Position numbers and translations under genes: made by a program. From Octopus sinensis (Eukaryota), in assembly GCF_006345805.1 (NCBI RefSeq), contig NC_043006.1, positions 7,812,001 through 7,876,000 on the forward strand: a stretch of 64,000 bases of DNA, given 5' to 3'. Shown here piece by piece: positions 13,119 to 24,345 of the stretch (positions within the stretch are counted from its first letter, which is position 1; every line of letters starts with the position of its first letter). The notes beneath the pieces were generated by a model, which saw nothing but the letters and a program-made list of their open reading frames with translations, ran no database searches and was not told the DNA's origin.

Positions 13119-13417
13119 GCCCACGAGCATATGGCGTAGCGGTTAAGATCGCGGGCTAGTAGCCCCAAGATTCCGAGTTCGATTCCAGGCAGTGACCTGA
13201 ACAATAATAATAATAATAACAATAATAATAATAATAACAACAACAAAAATAATAATAATAACAACAACAACAACATCGAAGAATACTTTAGGAATGAAAA
13301 CCCAGGTTAGAAATTTCCACAAGACACCTGAAGAAGGCTGGAGGGTATATCAGCCGAAACGTTGTGTTAACAACAAACAAGATGAGAACAAATATCCGTC
13401 GAATGTAAATAATGTAA
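13119..13417 (+). mobile_element. tRNA-headed SINE with internal (AAT)n and a 3' hammerhead ribozyme
   Basis: A box TGGCGTAGCGG, B box GAGTTCGATTCC, HHR at 13323-13368, (AATGTAAAT)n tail, candidate TSD AGATCTAAA at 13105-13113 and 13418-13426; second copy at 58551-58789. Confidence 0.85.
13323..13368 (+). ncRNA. Minimal type I hammerhead ribozyme (PLE type)
   Basis: GACAC-CTGAAGA-A-GGCTG(10-nt loop)CAGCC-GAA-ACGT-T-GTGTT. Confidence 0.88.
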
Positions 13418-13714
13418 AGATCTAAAAAATTCATGAAGCCTAGCAGTGTGGAAGCCACAATGTTAATTATTTTAGATGTTAACCGTTTGCACTGACCACA
13501 CGGAGACACACACGCGCGCGCTTCGCTTCAGCATCTGGGCCTCTCAGTACAGAGGTACGTTGCAACGGCAAGAGATGTGCTCCACTTTGGTCAATTGCGA
13601 GACATCCGCTTTTTTTGTTCATACCCGCTTGATACTGTCCACCCATCTAACACTCCCTTCATTTACCGGTATTAGGTACCCACCTCCTTTCCCTGATTAT
13701 GAATATATAATACG

Positions 13715-14125
13715 TACTCTTACTCTTTTTACTCTTTTACTTGTTTCAGTCATTTGACTGCGGCCATGCTGGAGCACCGCCTTTAGTCGAGAATATCGAC
13801 CTCGGGACTTATTCTTTGTAAGCCCAGTACTTATTCTATCGGTCTCTTTTGCCGAACCGCTAAGTGACGGGGACGTAAACACACCAGCATCGGTTGTCAA
13901 GCAATGCTAGCGGGACAAACACAGACACACAAACATATACACACACACATACATATATATACATATATATACGACAGGCTTCTTTCAGTTTCCGTCTACC
14001 AAATCCACTCACAAGACATTGGTCGGCCCGGGGCTATAGCAGAAGACACTTGCCCAAGATGCTACGCAGTGGGACTGAACCCGGAACCATGTGGTTGGTT
14101 AGCAAGCTACTTACCACACAGCCAG
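13715..14125 (-). mobile_element. Type B SINE, near full length
   Basis: Reverse complement of the 36197-36630 family; (AAGAGTAA)n tail. Confidence 0.9.
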
Positions 14126-14414
14126 GGTGAGGGAAGAATCTGGTGATAAATATCCCTTGTTTGCGTTATGTAGGACAATTGAATTCCATTCATTTGGTTC
14201 TGTTAATTCACATAAAGTCATACCTTCGACTGCTTCCTGAGTCGTTGGACATCGTCAATGATTAAATACTTCGTCAAAATTTACTAACCTTATACTACGA
14301 AGTTTCATGTGTGTTTGTCTCCAATGTAGCTTCTGATATGCATCTAAGTTGCACAGTTGAGCAAACCGGATATGTATTTCACTACCCTTCTAAGACAGTT
14401 ACTATTTATACGGA

Positions 14415-14797
14415 AGAGGCGCAATGGCCCAGTGGTTAGGGCAGCGGACTCGCGGTCATAGGATCGCGGTTTCGATTCCCAGACCGGGCGTTGTGAGTGT
14501 TTATTGAGCGAAAACACCTAAAAGCTCCACGAGGCTCCGGCAGGGGATGGTGGTAATCCCTGCTGTACTCTTTCACCACAACTTTCTCTCACTCTTACTT
14601 CCTGTTTCTCTTGTACCTGTATTTCAAAGGGCCGGCCTTGTCACTCTCTCTGTCACGTTGAATATCCCCGAGAACTACGTTAAGGATACACGTGTCTGTG
14701 GAGTGCTCAGCCACTCACACGTTAATTTCATGAGCAGGCTGTTCCGTTGATTAGGATCAACCAGAACCCTCGTCGTCGTAACCGACGGAGTGCTTCC
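14415..14797 (+). mobile_element. Type A SINE, full length (tRNA-derived head)
   Basis: A/B boxes; TSD ATTTATACGGA at 14404-14414 and 14798-14808. Confidence 0.92.
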
Positions 14798-14995
14798 ATT
14801 TATACGGAGAAGCAATCATTCGAGATGTCAACAACTATATTTTGTTTGGCTCCCGAGGAGACAACGTATGGTAAAATATGTCACAGTTAAGTAGTATATT
14901 CGGGATTATTCATCTCGCTTGTTTAATTCACATAACTCTATAGCGCTGGTCAGTTGTGTTTTACTAAATACATAAAAAATAATTTACACGCTGAA

Positions 14996-15220
14996 GGCGG
15001 CGAGCTGGCAGAAACGTTAGCACATCAGGCGAAATGCGTAGCCGCATTTCGTCTGCCGTTACGTTCTCAGTTCAAATTCCGCCGCGGTCGATTTTGTCTT
15101 TCATCCGTTCGGGATCGATAAATTAAGCACCAGTTACGCACTGGAGCCGATGTAATCGACTTAATCTGTTTGTCTGTCCTTGTTTGTCCTCTCTCTGTTT
15201 AGCCCCTTGTGGGTAGTTAA
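14996..15220 (+). mobile_element. Type C SINE
   Basis: AAGGCGGCGAGCTGGCAGAAACGTTAGC head through AGCCCCTTGTGGGTAG tail. Confidence 0.88.
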
Positions 15221-17753
15221 AAATAATAATAATTTACACGCCCAGAAGAAAATAGTCAACACAGCTGTTTGTAAAGCGGCTAACGACATACTGTTTATAC
15301 AGAGTTCATTTTATAAAACCTCTGAATAGTACTCAGGTAATTTAATTGCGAGGAATCGAATTCTTCATAGGATCACAGGAAAATAAGTTCATAGAGTAAC
15401 TTTAGTCATTGTTGAACCTTGGAAGTCGTTGTTAAACTAAAAACAATTATTCATTTCGCCACACAAATATGCAGCAGATGTTGATACCTGCAATACTTGC
15501 TTTGTAAATTCAGCAGGAATAGATCTCTTGTCAAAATGAATTTCAAATTAAAACTATGTACACACATTTTCTTGTCTTCATTTGCCACAATCATATAGTT
15601 ACGCGTTTCGTGTCTCTCTATACATGTTCATTTTTGCTGTGACAACTTTCCTACGCGGTTGTTGTCGATTTATTCTACCTTAAGCTTTCTCGTAAGTTAT
15701 ATTATTTATTTAGGATTTCCTCTGAGTAAGGGAAAATATAATGATTTATCGTCACTTATACTAAAGTGTATCCTTGTATTTTTTACCCTAACTGCTGTTG
15801 TAACGTCATATAGACATATACGCATGGAACGCTAACTCAACGACCATGTATGTCGAATATTTTAATCGTGTCCTTTAAACCGCTATAAGAAACATAAATC
15901 AAAGATTACAGAAATGCATATTTATCTATGCTCAGTTGAAAAATTAACGTGAAGAGAAACATTTCTTTTTAATTATTTTTATTATATAAACATAACATTT
16001 TATATTTATTTACAATAAGAAAGATATTTTAGTCGTGAAGAAAAACGACTTTAAATTCCTTAGCTGATTTCTTCTTTCTACCTAATACGTTAACCAACAT
16101 ATCAAAATAGATTTGTGATTAACTTGGACATGGCATAAAATTTACCAATGTCTCTAAAAGAGTGAGTGACGTGGAGTTGTATGACTACCAAACGAACACT
16201 AAAGTCACTCCCCAAATCCAGGTTTTTATAACTGCTCAACCTAAACATAAAGAAACGAAATTCAGTACAAACATTCTTTTCGAAACTTCTAGAATCTTAT
16301 ATACGAGCAGTTATTTTAACCAATGGGAAAAAAACCAAAATGCTAATTCTTTGGCAAATACATTACGTCATATTGCCAATTCGCGCCACATTTCAAAATT
16401 GCTAAAATGGCTATTGCTACACAACTAATGAAGTCAACTATGTTTACTTTCACAATCAACTGTTTCCACAGATTTCTAATACAAAATAAGAAATAATTAC
16501 CAACTCTACCACCTCATTACAATGTAAGTTTATGTTTCAAGAGAAAAAAAACTAAAGTTGAAGACGAATGATTCATCAGATTGAAAGAAAATAATTTAGA
16601 TAAAACAGAACTCGGTGAATCTGATAGTGGTTTACGTAACTAAGGCGTTTATTTGGAAAAGCGACTCAGGACTGTTTCTGTGTCGTTTTTCAATACGCAG
16701 AAAGCGCTATTTGTGTGGAGTGTTTACAACAGCAACCAGAGAGGGAAGAGAATACAGTGCAGCAGCAAAAACTAAAGAATCTAGACATTTCTGGTAGCAT
16801 TTGTGATGTTTGGCACAGCTGGAATGCGACGATACTTTCGTGATCATCATCTGAGGAGGGTCTCGCAATGAAAACTGTTATGCAAAATATGGAGGATTTT
16901 TTCTGTTGCTGATAAGACACAGGATCAAGACATCCCAGTCGTATTATCTCGTCTATTTGTCGTTCATAGTATATTTCAGACTTTATCCGGTATAGCAATT
17001 CTTATTGCTATTCTGTGGGAGAAGCAGAATCAGTTGAGCGACAGGAAAAAATGCCGTGTTATATTCAGCCACTTCACTTTATACCCTGAGTCGAACTCCT
17101 CCCTCTTAAGTTGACAGAGTCTTTTATTCTTTCGAAGCAGATAAAGTAAATACCAGTCATCAACCTGAGTTCGAAATAATATTTACTTTCCCACAAAATA
17201 CGAGGAATCCTTAATTGATGTTACCATTAATATTATTGCTTTGTTGTAAAAAATGTATTCTGCAACTGTTTATTAACTTTGTTGCTGCCTTTAACGTAAT
17301 AGTTGCTGCAAAGATCGGATTAAACTTTTGGTAAAAAGTGTGACGGATTTCACATGAAAATAAATTAACTGAAACAACAAATGGTGACTCTTTCATGCTG
17401 ATTCGAATTATTATCTCGGGAATTTGTTGTAAAACAAAAATATCCTTTATCAGCAAACTTCATCACTTCCAAGTAATACAGTTACAAAGAAGTCCTTCAT
17501 TTAGTGCAGTATAATGCTTAATGCTTAGACGACAAAAAACAGAAAAAGTAATTAGTGTATTTGGACAAGATTCAGACAAGTATTTAGGGAAAATGGTAAA
17601 TTAGTAATATTTTACACAACTGAATTCTGTTTTGATTAATATTCTTATCTCTTGTCCCAGTCTTACTTTTTTTCGCATATGGCGACATTAAAACATCGTT
17701 TTACATTTCAAAGTCGTTATTCACGATACATGGTTGACATATGCATGTATGAG

Positions 17754-17784
<31 letters not shown>

Positions 17785-18012
17785 CAATATAGGGTAGCAA
17801 AAAAATTTCAAGAAAAAGTCAAGAAAATTTTCTGCAACCAGCGGTCAAGTGAGAAAATAGAAATAGTCACAGACTATATAATATATTCAAAAGTATTAAG
17901 GAATGACCCTTACAGGTCGTTCAACTCACTTGAAAAGAGCAGCCAAACTCAAACCTCAAAAATAGTAGTAATTCTGAAAGCTAAAGGAGAAATAAAAACA
18001 TTTATCCCTTTC

Positions 18013-18111
18013 AACTTTGTACCCTGCAAGGTTTCAACAATTTTTCCGCAATCGAACTTAATTAAATTAAATTAAATCCGTTTACGATTGGCTTGTTTCA
18101 TCAGCAAAGTC
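18013..18111 (-). ncRNA. Type I hammerhead ribozyme with extended helix II
   Basis: Reverse complement of 18482-18580. Confidence 0.85.
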
Positions 18112-18481
18112 ACCAAAAGAAAAGGAGAACATATACGCACGAGGCGACACCACTGAAGCCCCGAGTGTATATATCCTAATTCTTCGAAATCCAACGTAAC
18201 TGCGTCAACTACTCAGCAGTAAATATAAACTGCTGATACAATTTCAGAATTAGTCAAAAATTATTAATTTATCAATATAGGGTAGCAAAAAAATTTCAAG
18301 AAAAATTCAAGAAAGATTTTCTGCAACCAGCGGTCAAGTGAGAAAATAGAAATAGTCACAGACTATATAATATATTCAGAGTAGTTGGCGCGGTTACGTT
18401 GGACTTCGAAAAATTAGGATATATACACACGGGGCTTCAGTGGTGTCGCCTCGTGCGTATATGTTCTCCTTTTCTTTTGGT

Positions 18482-18580
18482 GACTTTGCTGATGAAACAA
18501 GCCAATCGTAAACGGATTTAATTTAATTTAATTAAGTTCGATTGCGTAAAAATTGTTGAAACCTTGCAGGGTACAAAGTT
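18482..18580 (+). ncRNA. Type I hammerhead ribozyme with extended helix II
   Basis: GACTTTG/CAAAGTT helix I, CTGATGA, AACAA/TTGTT plus CAATCG/CGATTG helix II, GAA, near-palindromic ACCTTGCAGGGT helix III, GUA triplet. Confidence 0.87.
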
Positions 18581-18701
18581 GAAAGGGATAAATGTTTTTA
18601 TTTCTCGTTTAGCTTTCAGAATTACTACTATTTTTGCGGTTTGAGTTTGGCTGCTCTTTTCAAGTGAGTTGAACGACCTGTAAGGGTCATTCCTTAATAC
18701 T

Positions 18702-18750
<49 letters not shown>

Positions 18751-18796
18751 ACATATATCTGTAAATGTAATATGTGACAAATTATTCGGTAGCCAT

Positions 18797-18858
18797 GATA
18801 AAACTCCGAGTTTCGGATGCCGAGGGGAGAAATCCACGCCGCCATCTCTTCAGTTATC
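18797..18858 (-). ncRNA. Type I hammerhead ribozyme (separate family)
   Basis: Minus strand GATAA-CTGAAGA-GATG..CATC(C)-GAA-ACTCGGAGT-T-TTATC. Confidence 0.8.
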
Positions 18859-19245
18859 CGGCCATCGGAAAAATGCAATGAAAAATTACCGTTATACAAA
18901 GGTAATTTACTGAGGGATTGACCTTTATTAAGACAAAAGAGCTATTTGAATGACCGCTAAGTAAGAGGAGGGAGTAAAAGTAAGGGGGTAAAAAAGTTCA
19001 TAGTATTCGCGTAAGCACGCATGTTCATACCTAGACATGCGCACCCGCACACCCAGGTGCGTGCGCTTAAAAGTGTACATTCATCCACCCTCATTTGAAA
19101 ACGTACACATCCTCACTCGCACCATTCGCCAAACGTATATGTATATACATACAAACCCATACACTCCCACGCGCACCATATATGTATACACATATACTCA
19201 CACGCGCACCATCTACTAATTCTTTCTATTTAAATCTCTCATATT

Positions 19246-19293
19246 GTCTCTGATAAGGAGATTTCTTTTATATCCCTGAAACAGCTGTAAGAC
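19246..19293 (+). ncRNA. Decayed hammerhead motif (core CUGAU-A, G8 lost or changed)
   Basis: GTCT/AGAC helix I, AGG(A)GAT/ATCCCT helix II, GAA, palindromic ACAGCTGT, A. Confidence 0.6.
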
Positions 19294-19361
19294 TATCTTT
19301 CTCTTAATAAAATGCCCTAGAATTTTCACACTGCCTTGTTTCATTTTATTTAACATATATA

Positions 19362-19675
19362 GGTGCGTGGCTTAGAGTTTAGGGCTTTCGGCTCACAATC
19401 GCAAGGTCGTGAGTTCAATTCCGTGTGACGCATTGTGTCATTGAACAAGACATTTTTTTATTTCACGTTGCTCCAGTCCACTCAGCTGGCAAAAATGAGT
19501 AGTACCTGTATTTCAAAGGGGAGATCCTTGTCACATTCTGTATCGCGCTGAATCTCCCATTAAGGGTACACGTGTCTCTGTAGTGCTCGGACACTTGCAC
19601 GTTAATTACACGCGCAGGCTGTTCCGTTGATCGTATCAGGTGGGACACACGTCTTCGTAACCGACGGAGTGCTCG
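19362..19675 (+). mobile_element. SINE with type D head (as at 42075-42320) and type A standard tail
   Basis: GCGTGGCTTAGAGTTTAGGG..GAGTTCAATTCC, CCAGTCCACTCAGCTGG, then GTACCTGTATTTCAAAGGG..GTAACCGACGGAGTGC. Confidence 0.75.
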
Positions 19676-19720
<45 letters not shown>

Positions 19721-19861
19721 CACACGAATATACATACATATATATATATAGAGAGAGAGACATATACATACACATCTATATATGCATGCATACACATACA
19801 TATATATACATTTATATATGTTTATATGTGTGTTTATATATACATACATATACATATATTC

Positions 19862-19865
19862 AGTA

Positions 19866-19900
<35 letters not shown>

Positions 19901-19937
19901 CAATAATAATAATAACAGCAACAACAACAACAACAAC

Positions 19938-19986
<49 letters not shown>

Positions 19987-19998
19987 TAATAATAACTA
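19862..19998. repeat. Long (AAT/AAC)n trinucleotide microsatellite
   Basis: Directly visible; source of the poly-N and poly-L pseudo-ORFs. Confidence 0.97.
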
Positions 19999-20474
19999 TA
20001 TCACTTTTTTTGTTGTATCTCGGAAAGGTCATTATGCCAATAATAAACACTAGTTCTGTTTCACATCCTTTAGTCTATTTGTGAACCATTTGACCAATCA
20101 ACTAACTGATTGTTTGATTAATCGTTCGACCTATCAAGTAATTGATTGTTTGATTAATAGTCCGACTAATCAATCAATCAATCAATCAATCAGCTAAGTA
20201 TTTCATATTATTGGTATAATAACTCTTCCGAGATGCATAAAATGTGTTTTAACATAGGAGTTCACATCAACAATATTCTAACAAACTACAAAAACCAAAG
20301 ATATCAATTATGTTCCATTATTTCATTCCAAGTTCTGTTGCTGCTTCCACAGTCAAAATACTAGCATCACCATCGATATAATTAAGTAATTAAACATACC
20401 TAATTAATTTGCATGTGTTGTATAAAACGTTTCATAAGGAAATATAATTTAAACACACGTACATATCTTTCTTT

Positions 20475-21510
20475 TTCTAGTTTCGGTCATCAGACAGCGG
20501 TCATGCTGGGGCACCGCCTTGAAAATGTTTAATCGTACGAATCGACCCCAGTATTTATTATTTTTTAAGGCCTAGGTACCTATTCCATTGTTTTTTCTTT
20601 TGCCGAACCGCTAAGTTACGGGGACGTTAACAAACCAACACCGGTTGCAAAGCGCGCGCTGAAGAATAAAAACAAGCACAAAGATACCCACGTACTTCCG
20701 CAGCCTTACCCTTCGACAATCACTGAAATGCATACATATGTTCGTCATCAGAAAAATCATACACTATCTACCCCCACCAACTCCATGAGCACATACACAC
20801 ATTTTCTGAAATAATATCCAGCTTCACGTCCACCAGTGAACCTACACACCGAAGAATAACCGCAGCTTTTGACCGATGCTACCACCACTGCGTAGACCAA
20901 TTGAATAAACGCCTCGAACTTAAATTCCTATGGATTTATACCCAAAACCGCCACAACTCGGCCTATTGCACCGACACAGATGAACAGGACACGTCCACCG
21001 AACAAGATAACAAACCTCGAGGACGCTAGCACACCCTCAACAACGAAATCCCTAGTCACAGACTTGGGTGAGTCCCTCTCCCATGAAGAACTAGAACTTC
21101 TCAGTCTGGGTCCTCAATTTATCTTGAGCCAACAGCCGGACGAGAATATCTTACTCGACTTGGAAGCTATCTTTTTCCAGACAGCCTCCTTCCAACTCAA
21201 ATGGTTATCGGTAATAAAGAAGAACAACAATAACACACTTGGCAAATTTCCCACTTACCAACTAGACCACCCACTCCACTCGTCCCCGACCAACCGAGAA
21301 CTCAACCACAAACTATCCAGACTGAAACAGTCTATCTCGAATATCTTAAGGAAGGAATCGAAAATAATACCAAACTTAACCAAGGCGCAAAATAAAACAT
21401 TGACAAAACTGAAAAACAAAAAGACAATTGCCCAAAATGCCACACAGTGGGACTGAACCCAAGGCGACATGGTTGGCAAGCAAGCTCCTCAACCACACAG
21501 CCACTCCTAT
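20475..21510 (-). mobile_element. Type B SINE split into 3' (20475-20690) and 5' (21425-21510) parts
   Basis: Both parts match the 13715-14125 family in colinear order, with the middle replaced. Confidence 0.7.
20690..21425 (+). pseudogene. Penelope-like element N-terminal (pre-RT) coding fragment
   Basis: ORF 20980-21456: LVTDLGESLSHEELELLSLGPQF..PNLTKAQNKTLTKLK matches the PLE pattern V.NLS..L...E..LL.LG.KF..NL...E...L..L; recognised by eye. Confidence 0.65.
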
Positions 21511-21740
21511 AAAGGAGAGATACATTTTAGATAATATACTCCTTGATACAATATGCTTAACAAAAAGATTGGATGTTTACGGCGAGAAGATCTTTGATTT
21601 AAATATTTACTCGAGCAACACAACAACTAACAACGCTACACCATGCAGGATTTTTCAGGATTAACTATCTGTTTCAATGAAATTGAGAAAATATAAAAAA
21701 AACTGACAGAATTTTATGTTTATTACCAAAACAAATAGAT

Positions 21741-21909
21741 TCATAAATCATACGTCAAACATTTATAGAAAATTTCCAACAGGTCTCTATCCCTGCATAC
21801 TTCAAATCTCTCCTTAGCATTGTGAATCACATTTTGAAGCAATTCAGAAAATGGCTCCTGCACTGCTAGCTGAATATGTTCTTTAAGCTCAGCTAAACGA
21901 TTGTTCCAT
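21741..21909 (-). CDS. Putative spliced host exon, product unknown (WNNRLAELKEHIQLAVQEPFSELLQNVIHNAKERFEVCRDRDLLEIFYKCLTYDL*)
   Basis: Polypyrimidine acceptor TTTTCTTTACCTCCATCCTCTAG ending at 21910; 55 open codons of non-repetitive, helical-looking sequence; AATAAA shortly after the stop; alternative GTATG donors inside. Confidence 0.5.
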
Positions 21910-23053
21910 CTAGAGGATGGAGGTAAAGAAAATGATTGCTGCCAGATTGAAAAAAAAAGCTGTCATGGACAAATAAGAGGGATCCAACAAGAATGAAAAT
22001 AAAATTATAAACAAAATTCAAAATTTACACACCTTTAACACATATTAAACATGATAAACGTAAATAAAAGTGAGTTTTTAAAAAATGCATCCGATTTCAC
22101 TCAAATCAGCATTCTGGGACACCCTCTATTTACTCGTCCGACTAAAGGAGGGAGGGAACACAAGGGGGAACTAATTGCAAGGGGCGAGCGAGCGTAGCTT
22201 CGTAAAGTGATCATGCGGTCAAACTCAAACGCAGTTTGTTTTTTGTATGAACATTTTGCATTATATGGTTCAGACATGGATCACATGGAATGCGGACATG
22301 CTACCGGGCCATGCTGCGTTGCGCAGGATTGGAAACGTGAAACATCAACAAGGGACTACTGGATGATGGATGAATGCGTTTGTTATGCCTTTACTCAGTC
22401 GCACACACGCGCTCATGGTCTGGTGGTGCGCGGGATGGTAATATGAATCATCAACAGAGAGCCGACAACATTTTTATATGTTCTTCTCATTTCCTCTGCC
22501 AAATTGAACAGAAAGGTTTTCATGAAATATTATAATGCATAAGTAGTGTCAATATTTTATCATCGGAAAATGGTCTAAAACAAAGAAAAAACCCAGTGCA
22601 ATATACTCATATCTGATTAATCTGTATTTTAATTTGGTGGGGACATAGTCGGCGTCGGAAATTGTTTTAGTCAACAGCAATTCGAAGGGCCTGGTTAATG
22701 TTTGTTGCAAATTCGGAGGAAAGCGACTGTATACGGACCTTAACGTTGCGAAAATGCTTTAACAATGCGGTTTATCTGCCCCTGGGCCCGCATTTGGCAA
22801 GAAGCTGAAAATCGTTTCGACCCATGACACTCCATGGACCCTATGTAATGTATGAGTAAAATTTTATTAAAATTGGTTGAGTAGATCTCGAGTTTCAACG
22901 ACATGATAAACACACAGACACGCATATATATATACTTATATATATACATATATATATACATATATATACACACACACCTATATATATATATATATATAAT
23001 ATATATATATATATATGTATATATATATGTATGTATATATATGCATGTATATA

Positions 23054-23090
<37 letters not shown>

Positions 23091-23974
23091 ATGTATGTAT
23101 ATAGGTGTGTGTGTATATATAAATTTGTATTGCACTTTTCATAGTCTTCGTTGAGATGAGGATGCTTATAGACAGTGTGCGTGTGTGTATGTATGTATGT
23201 GTGCGTGTGTGAGCGTGTGTGTGTATATGCATGTATGTGAATGTGTGTGTGTGTGAGAGAGAGAGAGAGTGAGAGAGAGAGTTGAAACTTAGCATAGGCT
23301 TACAATACATAGAAACCATTTATAGGTTATGATGTTTGCTCATAAAAATTCAAATTCAAATTTTTTTCTCTTTCCTTTTCTCCTTCTCTATCGTCTCCAT
23401 GAATTACTTGAATTGTTATTATCACTATTTAATAGTTCCATGAAAGTGTTTACATGCATCATACCATTATTTTATTCGTATAGGTTAGTGATGTTATCGT
23501 TTACTAAAGAAAGATATCATCTATTTCTGGCTAGAGGGCGTAAATGCATGCTTTTGATAAATTAATGTTAATGATCAGTTATTTTCGATACAAATGTTTA
23601 TATTCTTTTGGTCTCGTTATTATTTTAAAATTTTATTGAAATAAATATCAGAAGGAATATCTCAGAAATATGTTACCAGGATCATTATTTGGATGGGATT
23701 ATTGAGATGATTGAGATAGTATTAAATCTCCCCATGTGTTCTTTCATTCAATTGAATATCCTTTTTTTTTTTCAAATGTAAATCATTAAAAATGGGCGAA
23801 AGAGAAAGGTCATCTCATCATCAGATATTGATTAAATATGTTTGTTTGTTTTTCTTGTCTTTTTGTTTTGTTTTTGACATTCAAAATCTTCCAAACAACA
23901 ATGACTCTGCAGTTGAAAGAGAATCCCTGAAATTCAGTAATAAGATGAGTGGCTGCTGGTGCTGTTTGTTTGTT

Positions 23975-24345
23975 TGTTTGTTTGTTTGTTGAGCGAAGCG
24001 GTCTTCGTCCCTGAGTGGGAAAAGTCCGAAACGTAGGTCCTTTGCTATTCGTAAGACCCGCAGAAGAGAAAGCAGGTCAACCCCCGACACCGAGAGCATC
24101 GACGGATGGATGAATACGCATCCAGGCTCAGCGGTTGCGTAGGAAGTCGGGGACAAGAAACAGGAAGAAAGAGTGAGAGAGAGAGATGGAGCGAAATAGT
24201 ACAACAGGGGTCGCCACCACCCCCTGCCGGAGCCTCGTGGAGCTTTAGTTTTGGAGCTCAATAAACACACACAACGCCCGGTCTGGGAATCGAAACCGCG
24301 ATTCTCCGACCGCGAGGCCGCTGCCCTAACCATTGCGCCTCTACG
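23975..24345 (-). mobile_element. Type A SINE head with a distinct GC-rich tail ending in (CAAA)n
   Basis: Head and CTCTCACTCTTTCTTCCTGTTTCTTG match type A; the sequence 3' of that is unrelated to other type A tails. Confidence 0.75.

Larger units (their letters stand above)
17781..18702. mobile_element. Non-coding HHR element: ~488-nt monomer with ~108-nt terminal redundancy plus an inverted copy, between (TA)n tracts
   Basis: Direct repeat 17781-17889 / 18269-18378; 17891-18214 is inverted at 18379-18702; each inverted arm contains an HHR. Confidence 0.8.

Noticed and set aside
13126-13195. Possible tRNA genes (here and in other SINE heads)
   Set aside because: Acceptor stems are incomplete and the heads are followed by repeat bodies; these are SINE heads, not tRNA genes
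16560-17210. Long stop-poor plus-strand frame
   Set aside because: No recognisable motif or splice structure; the distal part is an old SINE
24008-24045. CTGAGTGGGAAAAGTCCGAAACGTAGG hammerhead-like string, and a possible HDV-like fold on the other strand
   Set aside because: The core is not CUGANGA, helix I is poor, and I could not build the nested HDV pseudoknot
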